This document shows, piece after piece, positions 1-7,615 of a DNA stretch of 62,486 bases (within the stretch, counting starts at the first letter, position 1; each line of letters opens with the position of its first letter). The notes under the pieces are model-generated. The model saw nothing but the letters and a program-made list of their open reading frames with translations, had not been told where the DNA came from and did no database searches. The translations under genes and the position numbers were made by a program. The stretch is from Minisyncoccota bacterium. Its GTDB lineage: Bacteria; Patescibacteriota; Minisyncoccia; Phycocordibacterales; UBA9973. Location: NCBI GenBank assembly GCA_018063015.1, contig JAGORC010000001.1, positions 1-62,486 of the forward strand, read 5' to 3'.

Positions 1-4
1 TTTT

Positions 5-793
5 TTATTTTAGAGTGATTAATTTTGGCTTAGTGTTGCCAAACCATTTTCTAGCCAGAAGAGACACGTTCTGTGTTATATCTGTTACTAATATTTTCGT
101 GGTTTTATTTTTAGAAAGTTTATTTTCTATCTCTGTGTGATTTCTTAAATACTCTTTTAATTTCTTAGGAATTATTTCATCTTGAGAAATTATTCTCACA
201 CTTTTTGGTAATGATTTTCGTATCTCTTTCTTGAGTATTGGATAGTGAGTACATCCTAGGATAAGCGCGTCCACATTTTTAAATGGTTCTAAATATTTTT
301 CTAAAAACAACTTAGCTAATTTGTATTCCCCTTCTTCTATGATAGGCACAAGCATTGGTGCAGAATTCTGAACAACTTTTGTATTTTTACTTATTTTTCT
401 AATCTCTTTAGGGAATGTTTCAGAAGCTACTGTGCCTCTGGTCGCAATAACTCCAACTTTCTTATACATGCTTCCCTCTTCTGCAGAAGGTATCAGAACG
501 CCTAGGACTTTTTTATTGGGAAAATATTTAGGAAGATATTCTTTTTGAATTCTTCTGAGTGCACGAGCTGAAGCAGTATTGCACGCAAGTATTACCAGGC
601 TACATTTCTCTTTAGTAAAAAGATATTCTATCCCCTGCTTTGTGAATTCATATACTGTCTCATGAGATCTGTTTCCATAAGGCACTCTCTTAGTGTCTCC
701 CAGATAAACATAGTCATATGCTGGCATATGTTTTCTTATGGCCTTTGCGATTATGAGTCCCCCAAGTCCTGAATCAAAAATTCCAATTTTCAT
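5..793 (-). CDS. murI: glutamate racemase
   Basis: 262-aa ORF with IGIFDSGLGGL N-terminus and ACNTAS / GCTHYP motifs typical of MurI. Confidence 0.9.
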   Translation of the reverse strand: MKIGIFDSGLGGLIIAKAIRKHMPAYDYVYLGDTKRVPYGNRSHETVYEFTKQGIEYLFTKEKCSLVILACNTASARALRRIQKEYLPKYFPNKKVLGVLIPSAEEGSMYKKVGVIATRGTVASETFPKEIRKISKNTKVVQNSAPMLVPIIEEGEYKLAKLFLEKYLEPFKNVDALILGCTHYPILKKEIRKSLPKSVRIISQDEIIPKKLKEYLRNHTEIENKLSKNKTTKILVTDITQNVSLLARKWFGNTKPKLITLK

Positions 794-1590
794 TACTTTA
801 TCTTAACATCATTTTCTAATTCTTTATCTAGCCTCTTTGCTTCTGACCAAGATAATTCATAAATCTTCTTCATTGCATCAGCTATCTCACTAGATTCTAT
901 TATAATCCCTAGTTTTTCTCGCCAAGATGCAATCATGACTTTATTATCATATATATTTATCTCTGGAATAAAATCGAACATCTTACGAGGTACCAGTGCT
1001 GATTCTCTCATCTCCTTGTTGTCGAAATTCTTTCTTTCTCTCCCTGTAGGAGAATCAGGTATTATTGCTCGTATTGCGATACCTTTACCAGCGCGACGCT
1101 TATAGTATTCAGGGAAGTATCCAGGAAGTCCCTCATGCATGTTCTCTACGCTAGCATATGCTCTTATTGGTTCAGAAGATGTAAGCGTATCTTCGTAAAC
1201 CCTCTCTATGCCATCTCTCCCCTCATAAAATGAAACCTTTGGTCTATCAGAAATATTGTGAATTGATTTTAATTCAGGAATAATTTTTCTGGCTTCTCTT
1301 ATAAATATTTGATCGTTCTCTATTTTCTTTAGTAGCATTTTCTCTATCTGATCTGGAGACAAAGCGACATATTCCTGTTTTGGTTCTTTACCAGAAACCT
1401 TAACTAATTCCTTAGATTCAAGTGATGCTAAGACGTGATAACCTGTTGGACGATTTATTCCTGCTTTCTTTGATATTTGTGTAACAGTCCCCTTGCCTAA
1501 AGAAAGTAAAGCTAGGTACACAGAAACTTCTTTATCTGAAAAACCAACAAATTCTAAGGTCTTTTTTATATTCAAATTCTCATTTTCCAT
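793..1590 (-). CDS. TrmB-family helix-turn-helix transcriptional regulator
   Basis: 265-aa ORF; N-terminal winged-HTH pattern (LGFSDKEVSVYLALLSLGKGTVTQISKKAGINRPTGYHVL) as in TrmB-type regulators. Overlaps the murI start by 1 nt. Minus-strand TATAAT at 1597-1602 lies 6 nt from the ATG. Confidence 0.7.
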   Translation of the reverse strand: MENENLNIKKTLEFVGFSDKEVSVYLALLSLGKGTVTQISKKAGINRPTGYHVLASLESKELVKVSGKEPKQEYVALSPDQIEKMLLKKIENDQIFIREARKIIPELKSIHNISDRPKVSFYEGRDGIERVYEDTLTSSEPIRAYASVENMHEGLPGYFPEYYKRRAGKGIAIRAIIPDSPTGRERKNFDNKEMRESALVPRKMFDFIPEINIYDNKVMIASWREKLGIIIESSEIADAMKKIYELSWSEAKRLDKELENDVKIK

Positions 1591-1703
1591 AAATCCATTA
1601 TATTTTAACCCCTAAACTTTGTCAATGACTGTCAACAAAATAGACATATAAGTTTTAAAGCTTCTAGAATAAGGATTCTATTGATATTATTTGACCAAAT
1701 AAT

Positions 1704-1732
1704 TTGACATTTTGTATAAATAGATATATCAT
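1704..1732 (+). promoter_or_regulatory. sigma70-type promoter of the Cys-rich protein gene
   Basis: -35 TTGACA 1704-1709, 17-nt spacer, -10 TATCAT 1727-1732; the ATG at 1739 is 6 nt downstream. Confidence 0.55.
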
Positions 1733-1738
1733 TTGTGT

Positions 1739-3418
1739 ATGAAAAAACAATGCAAATCTTGCCAGAAAGACTTTGAAATACGAAAAGAAGATTTAAATTT
1801 TTACAGTCAAGTTAATACTCCTCCTCCCTTAGATTGTCCAGACTGTAGAGTTATGCGAAGGCTGGCTTGGAGAAATGAAAGGACATTTTATAAAAGAGAC
1901 TGTGATCTATGCAAGAAAAGCATGGTGTCGTTGTATTCTCCCACTAGTCCATTTACAGTGTACTGTCATGAATGCTGGTGGAGTGACAAGTGGGATCCAA
2001 GAGATTATGGAATAGACTACAACCCTAATAAGGGATTTCTGGAACAATACAGTGAGTTGCAAAAGAGGGTTCCACGACTTGCTCTAATGATGCTAAATTC
2101 AGTGAGAAGTGAATATACAAACGGCGCATCCGACAATAAAGACTGCTACCTTATTTTCGCTGCAGAATACAATGAGGATTGTATGTATAGTAGATTAATT
2201 CAGCGTTGCAAGAACTGCTTAGACTGCTCAATGATTCATGATTCTGAATTGTGCTATGAATGCGTAGATGTAAGGAAATGCTTCAAATGTTTCTTCTCAC
2301 AAGAATGCCAGGACTCAAGTGATTTAATATTCTGCTACAACATGAGAAACTCCAACAACTGCCTATTCTGTGTTAATGGAAGAAATATCTCTAATTCAAT
2401 TTTAAACCAGAAATACTCAAAGGAGGAATTCGAAAACAAAAAAGGCGAGATATTCTCTAGCTATGAGAGTATAGAACAGGCAAAGAAGGAATTCGAAGAA
2501 CTAAAGAAGAAATCGATAGTTAAGTATGCATCTCAGACTAAGTGCAATAATGTAACAGGAGATTACCTACACAACTGCTATGATGGAGTGCTTCTTTTCG
2601 ACACATCAGACACCAAAAACTGTTCTTATATGGCAGACGTAGAAGACTCCATAGATAGTATGGACTGCAACAATTTTTATTATAAAAATGAACTATGTTA
2701 CAACATGATGGGCATATTACAAAGTAGTAAATGCTCAAACTGCGCATATGTATTCTATTGTAACGAGGTAGAGTACTCTGAAAACTGTCACAACCTAACA
2801 AGCGCCATTGGATGCAACGCTGTTCGTAAAGGTGAATACATGATATTAAACAAAAATTACTCAAAAGAAGAATTCCAGAAGATAAAACAACAAATTAAAG
2901 ACAGTATGGTGAGTGAAGGAATCTATGGCCAATTTTTTCCACCTTCCCTGTCTCCTTTCGGATTTAATGAGACATTAGGTTATGACCATTACCGAATATC
3001 AAAGAACGAAGCAGTAGAAAAAGGCTTTAATTGGCAAAACGAAATGTCAGGTACATATAAAAAAGAAACAATCCCTGAAGATAAAATACCTAGAATCATA
3101 TCAACAGTTAATGAAGATATTCTAAATGAGATTTTCGCATGTAAGGATTGTGGTAAAAATTTTAGACTAACTAAAGGAGAATTGAGTTTCTATAAAAGAA
3201 TGAATCTACCTATCCCGCACAAGGACTTCGAATGTAGGCACAAAGATAGAACAGCAAAGAGAAACCCCCGTAAACTATGGCATAGATCATGTATGTGTGA
3301 AGTAAAAAGCCACACCCATGGAGAAACAAATTGTACTAACGAATTTGAAACCGCCTACTCCCCAGAGCGCGCTGAAAAAGTTTTCTGTGAGACTTGCTAC
3401 CAACAAGAAGTGTATTAA
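1739..3418 (+). CDS. cysteine-rich multi-zinc-ribbon protein, function unknown
   Basis: Long ORF (ATG at 1739 preferred over TTG at 1733). Homologous N- and C-terminal CxxC zinc-ribbon modules (CKSCQKDFEI..FY..PPPLDCPDCR versus CKDCGKNFRL..FY..LPIPHKDFECR) flank two blocks of closely spaced Cys repeats. Confidence 0.75.
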   Translation: MKKQCKSCQKDFEIRKEDLNFYSQVNTPPPLDCPDCRVMRRLAWRNERTFYKRDCDLCKKSMVSLYSPTSPFTVYCHECWWSDKWDPRDYGIDYNPNKGFLEQYSELQKRVPRLALMMLNSVRSEYTNGASDNKDCYLIFAAEYNEDCMYSRLIQRCKNCLDCSMIHDSELCYECVDVRKCFKCFFSQECQDSSDLIFCYNMRNSNNCLFCVNGRNISNSILNQKYSKEEFENKKGEIFSSYESIEQAKKEFEELKKKSIVKYASQTKCNNVTGDYLHNCYDGVLLFDTSDTKNCSYMADVEDSIDSMDCNNFYYKNELCYNMMGILQSSKCSNCAYVFYCNEVEYSENCHNLTSAIGCNAVRKGEYMILNKNYSKEEFQKIKQQIKDSMVSEGIYGQFFPPSLSPFGFNETLGYDHYRISKNEAVEKGFNWQNEMSGTYKKETIPEDKIPRIISTVNEDILNEIFACKDCGKNFRLTKGELSFYKRMNLPIPHKDFECRHKDRTAKRNPRKLWHRSCMCEVKSHTHGETNCTNEFETAYSPERAEKVFCETCYQQEVY

Positions 3419-3456
3419 AAAACTATTTTTTGTTAATATAAGATAAAATCAAAAAC

Positions 3457-3555
3457 ATGGTAAGCACCTACAACATAGTCATGGGCTTATTGTGTATAGC
3501 CCTTGCAATAATTTTATTTGTATACACATACAATAAATATCTAAGGGAGAAGTGA
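3457..3555 (+). CDS. possible 32-aa single-pass membrane peptide
   Basis: ATG-to-TGA ORF MVSTYNIVMGLLCIALAIILFVYTYNKYLREK with one hydrophobic helix. Its stop lies in the stem of the downstream terminator. Too short for homology. Confidence 0.3.
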   Translation: MVSTYNIVMGLLCIALAIILFVYTYNKYLREK

Positions 3556-3582
3556 TTAGTCCTACTAATCACTTCTTTTTTT
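3549..3582. terminator. hairpin terminator shared by convergent gene ends
   Basis: 12-bp perfect stem GAAGTGATTAGT / ACTAATCACTTC with a 3-nt loop, followed by T7 on the plus strand. The stop codons of the 3457 ORF and of cca lie inside the two arms. Confidence 0.6.
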
Positions 3583-5071
3583 GAACACCGTGCTTAGAAT
3601 GTAACTTTTCTATTTCCCCTTCTTCTAGTTCTTCCTTCTTTTCTTTACCCTTCTCTCCTAGATTTTTTAGATCAGTATCATTTAGTTTATCTAATTCTAG
3701 AATTCTGCTTTCAAGATATTCAATGGTGTTCTTATTTGGGTCATCTAATACTTCTTCTAGAAGCGCATGCAACATCCATCCCATTCTAGGACTTGGTTTA
3801 ATATTTAATTCCTTTATCATAAACTCTCCGTCTATCTTTAGTGCTCCAACAGATATTGGATCTCTTAAAGCCTCCTCAATCATGGCAAAGTATTTTCTAA
3901 GTCTATATGGAGCTTCTTTCTTTTTCATCCCTACCCGATCACATTCTCTAATATTCATTAAGGTCCATATATTTTCTTTCCCAACCTTTACTATAATTCT
4001 CCTAACTGCAGATAAGGTTATCTTCTCAGTATCAGAGAAGAACATGTGATTTCTGACAAGGCTCTCGACGAGTTCGATTTCTTTTTTAGTAAATTTCAAT
4101 CTCTCCATTATCTTCTTGGCCATTCTTGCCCCCACAACTTCATGCCCATAGAAAGTATATTTACCCTTCCCTCCTGCCTTAGTTCCATCCCACCTGCGAG
4201 TCCTTGGCTTACCTATATCATGCATCAAAGCAGCTAATCTAATCTCTAAAGACCAGTTCTTGTCTGCTGCATGTTGTAATGCATGCAATAAGTGCTCCCA
4301 TACATCATATATATGTTCCCCTAGCTGTTCACACTTAACCCCTTCTTCGAGTTCTGGAATTATGTATTCAAGAAGACCCAGCTTGTGAAGAAGCATTATG
4401 CCCATACTAGGATTATTAGACATAACTATCTTTGTGAATTCATCTCTGATTCTTTCCGAAGATATGTTTTTCAACAACTCCCTATTCTTAACTATACTTT
4501 CGGTTGTTTCGTGTGAAACAGAGAAGTCTAATTGAACACTAAATCTTATAGCCCTAAGTATCCTAAGAGCATCTTCTGTAAATCTCTCATCGGAGTTACC
4601 GACCGTTCTTATGGTCTTTTTTTCTATGTCCTTTAAGCCATCAAAAAGGTCTATTAGGTGTCCTTTTGAATTTAAAGCCAGTGAATTGACTGTGAAATCA
4701 CGTCTTTTTAGATCGTCCTCGATTTTATCACTAAACTTTACCTCATCAGGATGTCTAAAATCACTATATTTTGCTTCTGTCCTATAAGGGGTCACTTCTA
4801 TTTGCCTTAGTGTTTCTTGTGAAACATCTTCTTGAATAACAAACACCGTTCCAAAGTTATTTTCATATACAGTCTTTTCAAATAGTTTAATTATTTCTTC
4901 AGGATTCGCATTTGTTGTAACATCCCAGTCTTTAGGGTCTCTACCCATTATAATATCCCTTACACATCCACCAACAAGAAAAGCTTCGAATCCTCCCTGT
5001 TCTAACTTAGATGTTACACGCGAAACCTCTTCTGGTATTTTGTGTATTAAATTTTGTATATTAAGAGACAC
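3569..5071 (-). CDS. cca: CCA-adding tRNA nucleotidyltransferase with HD domain
   Basis: 500-aa ORF; GGCVRD nucleotidyltransferase motif, HD motif (LMHDIGKP). GTG start lies 8 nt after the 3' end of tRNA-Gly. Confidence 0.85.
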   Translation of the reverse strand: MSLNIQNLIHKIPEEVSRVTSKLEQGGFEAFLVGGCVRDIIMGRDPKDWDVTTNANPEEIIKLFEKTVYENNFGTVFVIQEDVSQETLRQIEVTPYRTEAKYSDFRHPDEVKFSDKIEDDLKRRDFTVNSLALNSKGHLIDLFDGLKDIEKKTIRTVGNSDERFTEDALRILRAIRFSVQLDFSVSHETTESIVKNRELLKNISSERIRDEFTKIVMSNNPSMGIMLLHKLGLLEYIIPELEEGVKCEQLGEHIYDVWEHLLHALQHAADKNWSLEIRLAALMHDIGKPRTRRWDGTKAGGKGKYTFYGHEVVGARMAKKIMERLKFTKKEIELVESLVRNHMFFSDTEKITLSAVRRIIVKVGKENIWTLMNIRECDRVGMKKKEAPYRLRKYFAMIEEALRDPISVGALKIDGEFMIKELNIKPSPRMGWMLHALLEEVLDDPNKNTIEYLESRILELDKLNDTDLKNLGEKGKEKKEELEEGEIEKLHSKHGVQKKK

Positions 5072-5079
5072 TTTTCTGT

Positions 5080-5153
5080 TGGTGCGGCCAGGGAGAATCG
5101 AACTCCCGTCTCATCCTTGGCAAGGACGTGTTCTACCACTAAACCATGACCGC
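5080..5153 (-). tRNA. tRNA-Gly (GCC), CCA encoded
   Basis: Manual cloverleaf: acceptor GCGGTCA/TGGCCGC, anticodon loop TTGCCAA, T-loop GGTTCGATTCC... equivalent (GAGTTCGATTCTC), 3' ACCA. Confidence 0.9.
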
Positions 5154-5279
5154 TCTTGTTACTTTTAAGACTATAATTATATATTTTTATTGGGTATATT
5201 GCAATTTTATCTCATAATATCCTTTAAAGTAAGGATATTATGATAATTTTTATATATAAGGTATAATTTTAATCACACT

Positions 5280-5351
5280 GCACCCGTGGTGAAATGGATA
5301 TCACAACGGTCTTCGGAACCGTTATTGGGGGTTCGAATCCCTCCGGGTGCA
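5280..5351 (+). tRNA. tRNA-Arg (UCG), no encoded CCA
   Basis: Manual cloverleaf: acceptor GCACCCG/CGGGTGC, anticodon stem ACGGT/ACCGT with loop CTTCGGA, T-arm GGGGGTTCGAATCCCTC. TATAAT at 5262-5267 lies 12 nt upstream. Confidence 0.9.
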
Positions 5352-5573
5352 CAAAAGTTTTCTGTCCTTTACATATAGCTTGTTTTTAAAGGATTTTGTG
5401 GAAAAGTGTGGATAACTATGTTGGTAATGTTTATAAAGGACACATTTTTGATTGTCTTTTAGGGACTCATTTTTGGCAAAATAGCTTGTAAAATAAGGTT
5501 ACTATTGAAAAAGACATTAAAATTTATAGTTTTGTTTCATGTGAAACATGTTTTACATGAAACAAAGTAATTT

Positions 5574-5981
5574 ATGCCTAAAATATTCACTTCTGACAAA
5601 CAAAAGATTGGTAAATTAGGTGAAAACATAGCCGAAAGGTTTCTCATGAAACATGGCTTTAGTATTCTTGAAACAAACTATACTAAGAAGTGGGGTGAAA
5701 TAGATATTGTCGCAGAAAAAGAAGGTAAGTTGTATTTCTGTGAGGTAAAAAGTAAATCAGTAATTTCGATACAAGATGTTACTCATGAAACGAACAATTA
5801 CAGACCGGAAGACAACATGCACCCATGGAAGGCGAAAAGATTCTCTAGGACAATACAAACATATTTATTGGACAGGAACATACCAGAATCCATGGAGTGG
5901 GAAGTCGATCTTATTGTTGTCTTTTTAGATATAAATTTGAAAAAGGCAAAAGTAAAAGTCGTCAAAGATATTATTCTATGA
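5574..5981 (+). CDS. yraN: YraN-family (UPF0102) endonuclease-like protein
   Basis: 135-aa ORF; GENIAERFLMKHGFSILETNY..GEIDIVA..EVK pattern of the YraN family. Confidence 0.8.
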   Translation: MPKIFTSDKQKIGKLGENIAERFLMKHGFSILETNYTKKWGEIDIVAEKEGKLYFCEVKSKSVISIQDVTHETNNYRPEDNMHPWKAKRFSRTIQTYLLDRNIPESMEWEVDLIVVFLDINLKKAKVKVVKDIIL

Positions 5982-6000
5982 TATAATCTCGATTACTTTT

Positions 6001-6071
6001 CGGGCCGTAGTATACCGGTAGTACAAGCGGTTTGGGACCGTTTAGACCGCGTTCGATTCGCGGCGGCCCGA
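6001..6071 (+). tRNA. tRNA-Pro (UGG)
   Basis: Manual cloverleaf: acceptor CGGGCCG/CGGCCCG, anticodon loop TTTGGGA, T-arm CCGCGTTCGATTCGCGG. Extended -10 TGATATAAT at 5979-5987 overlaps the yraN stop. Confidence 0.9.
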
Positions 6072-6118
6072 CAGTTAGGTGTTGATTTTTATGGGTTTTT
6101 TGATATAAATAGAGTATT

Positions 6119-6189
6119 GCGGGATTAGTTTACTGGTAAAACATCAGTTTTCCAAACTGAGGTAAGGAGTTCGATTCTCCTATCCCGCA
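6119..6189 (+). tRNA. tRNA-Gly (UCC)
   Basis: Manual cloverleaf: acceptor GCGGGAT/ATCCCGC, anticodon stem TCAGT/ACTGA with loop TTTCCAA, T-arm AGGAGTTCGATTCTCCT. Confidence 0.9.
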
Positions 6190-6195
6190 CAAATA

Positions 6196-6222
6196 AAAAG
6201 AACCCCCTAAGGGGATTCTTTT
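6196..6222. terminator. bidirectional hairpin terminator
   Basis: A-tract, stem GAACCCC / GGGGATTC (one bulge) with loop CTAA, then a T-tract. Sits between tRNA-Gly (plus) and the M23 peptidase gene (minus). Confidence 0.6.
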
Positions 6223-6242
6223 GTGGATAAACTATTTTAAAT

Positions 6243-7259
6243 TTAGAAAGGATTTCTTGCTCCTATTGTCTCTAGGTGTAAATGAGGGCCAGTAGAACGT
6301 CCAGTTGAGCCAACATAACCTATTGTTTCCCCTTGAGCTACTCTTGCCCCTGGAGTAGTGCCTAATCTAGACATGTGGCCATATAGAGTCTTTACCCCAT
6401 TAGGGTGTTGTATAACGACATAATTACCAAATCCTCCATTCCATCCATTTCTTGCTATAAGTACTGTTCCTTCAGCTGCTGCGTGTATTGGAGTACCTAT
6501 TGGAGCTGCTATATCTACTCCTTTGTGTCCCGGTTTAACCCCACGAGTCTTAATTCCTCCAGGAACAGGGTTCTTGAAGTATCCAGCTACAGAAGGCATA
6601 TTTGAATAACCTCCCTTGCTACCACCAGAAGATCCTTTCGGTTTAGTCTCAGAAGATAGGTTGCCTCCAGGTATCATTAATCTTTCACCTATAGCCAATT
6701 TTGCTCCTTCGTCTATGTCGTTGGCGCTTAATATATCATCAATATCTGCCTTATATTTTACAGCTATTCCTTGTAATGTCTCGCCCTTTGCTACTGTATG
6801 TTCTACACCAGAGAAGGGTAATATTAGCAGTACATCACCTTCTTTTAGCTTGTCTCCTTTCTTTAGTTCATTTGCTGAATAAATAGTATCTGGCGACACA
6901 TCGAACAGCTTAGCCACTGTGTCGACAGTATCTCCCTTGTGAACAACGTAAATACTTGTATCTTCTTCTATAGATTCGAAATCACTTCCTCCAATCCCAA
7001 GTGCTTCTGTTGGACTAGTAGTAGGGAACAGGGCGTTACTTGATACTATAAGGCTAGAATTAGTATCTATACCTTCTTCCTCTTTAGAGGATTTGTCCTC
7101 TTTAATAGACAAAAAGGAGACCTTAGCCTCCAATATGTCCATATTCTGTGAATTTTTAAGGGTTTCTGGGGAAATTTGGTAGTCTGCGCTAGCCTTTTCT
7201 CCTAGAAGAGAACTTATAATACCTGCAGTTGCTTGTACGGGGTAAAAGCCTCCACCCAC
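6243..7259 (-). CDS. LysM-domain M23 family peptidoglycan metalloendopeptidase
   Basis: Two LysM repeats (YVVHKGDTVDTVAKLF.., HTVAKGETLQGIAVKY..). M23 motifs HKGVDIAAPIGTPI and GSTGRSTGPHLHLE. The true N-terminus probably extends to 7310 (see findings). Confidence 0.85.
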   Translation of the reverse strand: MGGGFYPVQATAGIISSLLGEKASADYQISPETLKNSQNMDILEAKVSFLSIKEDKSSKEEEGIDTNSSLIVSSNALFPTTSPTEALGIGGSDFESIEEDTSIYVVHKGDTVDTVAKLFDVSPDTIYSANELKKGDKLKEGDVLLILPFSGVEHTVAKGETLQGIAVKYKADIDDILSANDIDEGAKLAIGERLMIPGGNLSSETKPKGSSGGSKGGYSNMPSVAGYFKNPVPGGIKTRGVKPGHKGVDIAAPIGTPIHAAAEGTVLIARNGWNGGFGNYVVIQHPNGVKTLYGHMSRLGTTPGARVAQGETIGYVGSTGRSTGPHLHLETIGARNPF

Positions 7260-7523
7260 TACGAGTGAAGAAACTAAGAACAGACTGGATATTTTTAATT
7301 TAGGTTTAATAAACTATGTGTTTATCGAGAGAATTTCCTTCGAGCCCTTGTAAAATAAGGCTAAATTTGAGAGGACGACCAAATATTGTTCTTCAAACAA
7401 AGGTTCTCACGATGTTACAATCTTCTCCGAATTCATCAATTTACAATCCAACTTCCTTTCCGTATGTATCCACTAGAGTATCGTAAAAGTGGGGAAAAGT
7501 CAATCCGTGTGTGGAAAAAAACT

Positions 7524-7552
7524 TTGACAAATCTTTATAAATATTATATAAT
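7524..7552 (+). promoter_or_regulatory. canonical sigma70-type promoter
   Basis: -35 TTGACA 7524-7529, 17-nt spacer, -10 TATAAT 7547-7552, upstream of the 7616 gene. A second TATAAT at 7599-7604 lies 11 nt from the ATG. Confidence 0.6.
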
Positions 7553-7615
7553 AATACCAATTTTCAACAAAAAATTAGGTTAAAAAGGTAATAAACCTTA
7601 TAATAATAAAGCTAT

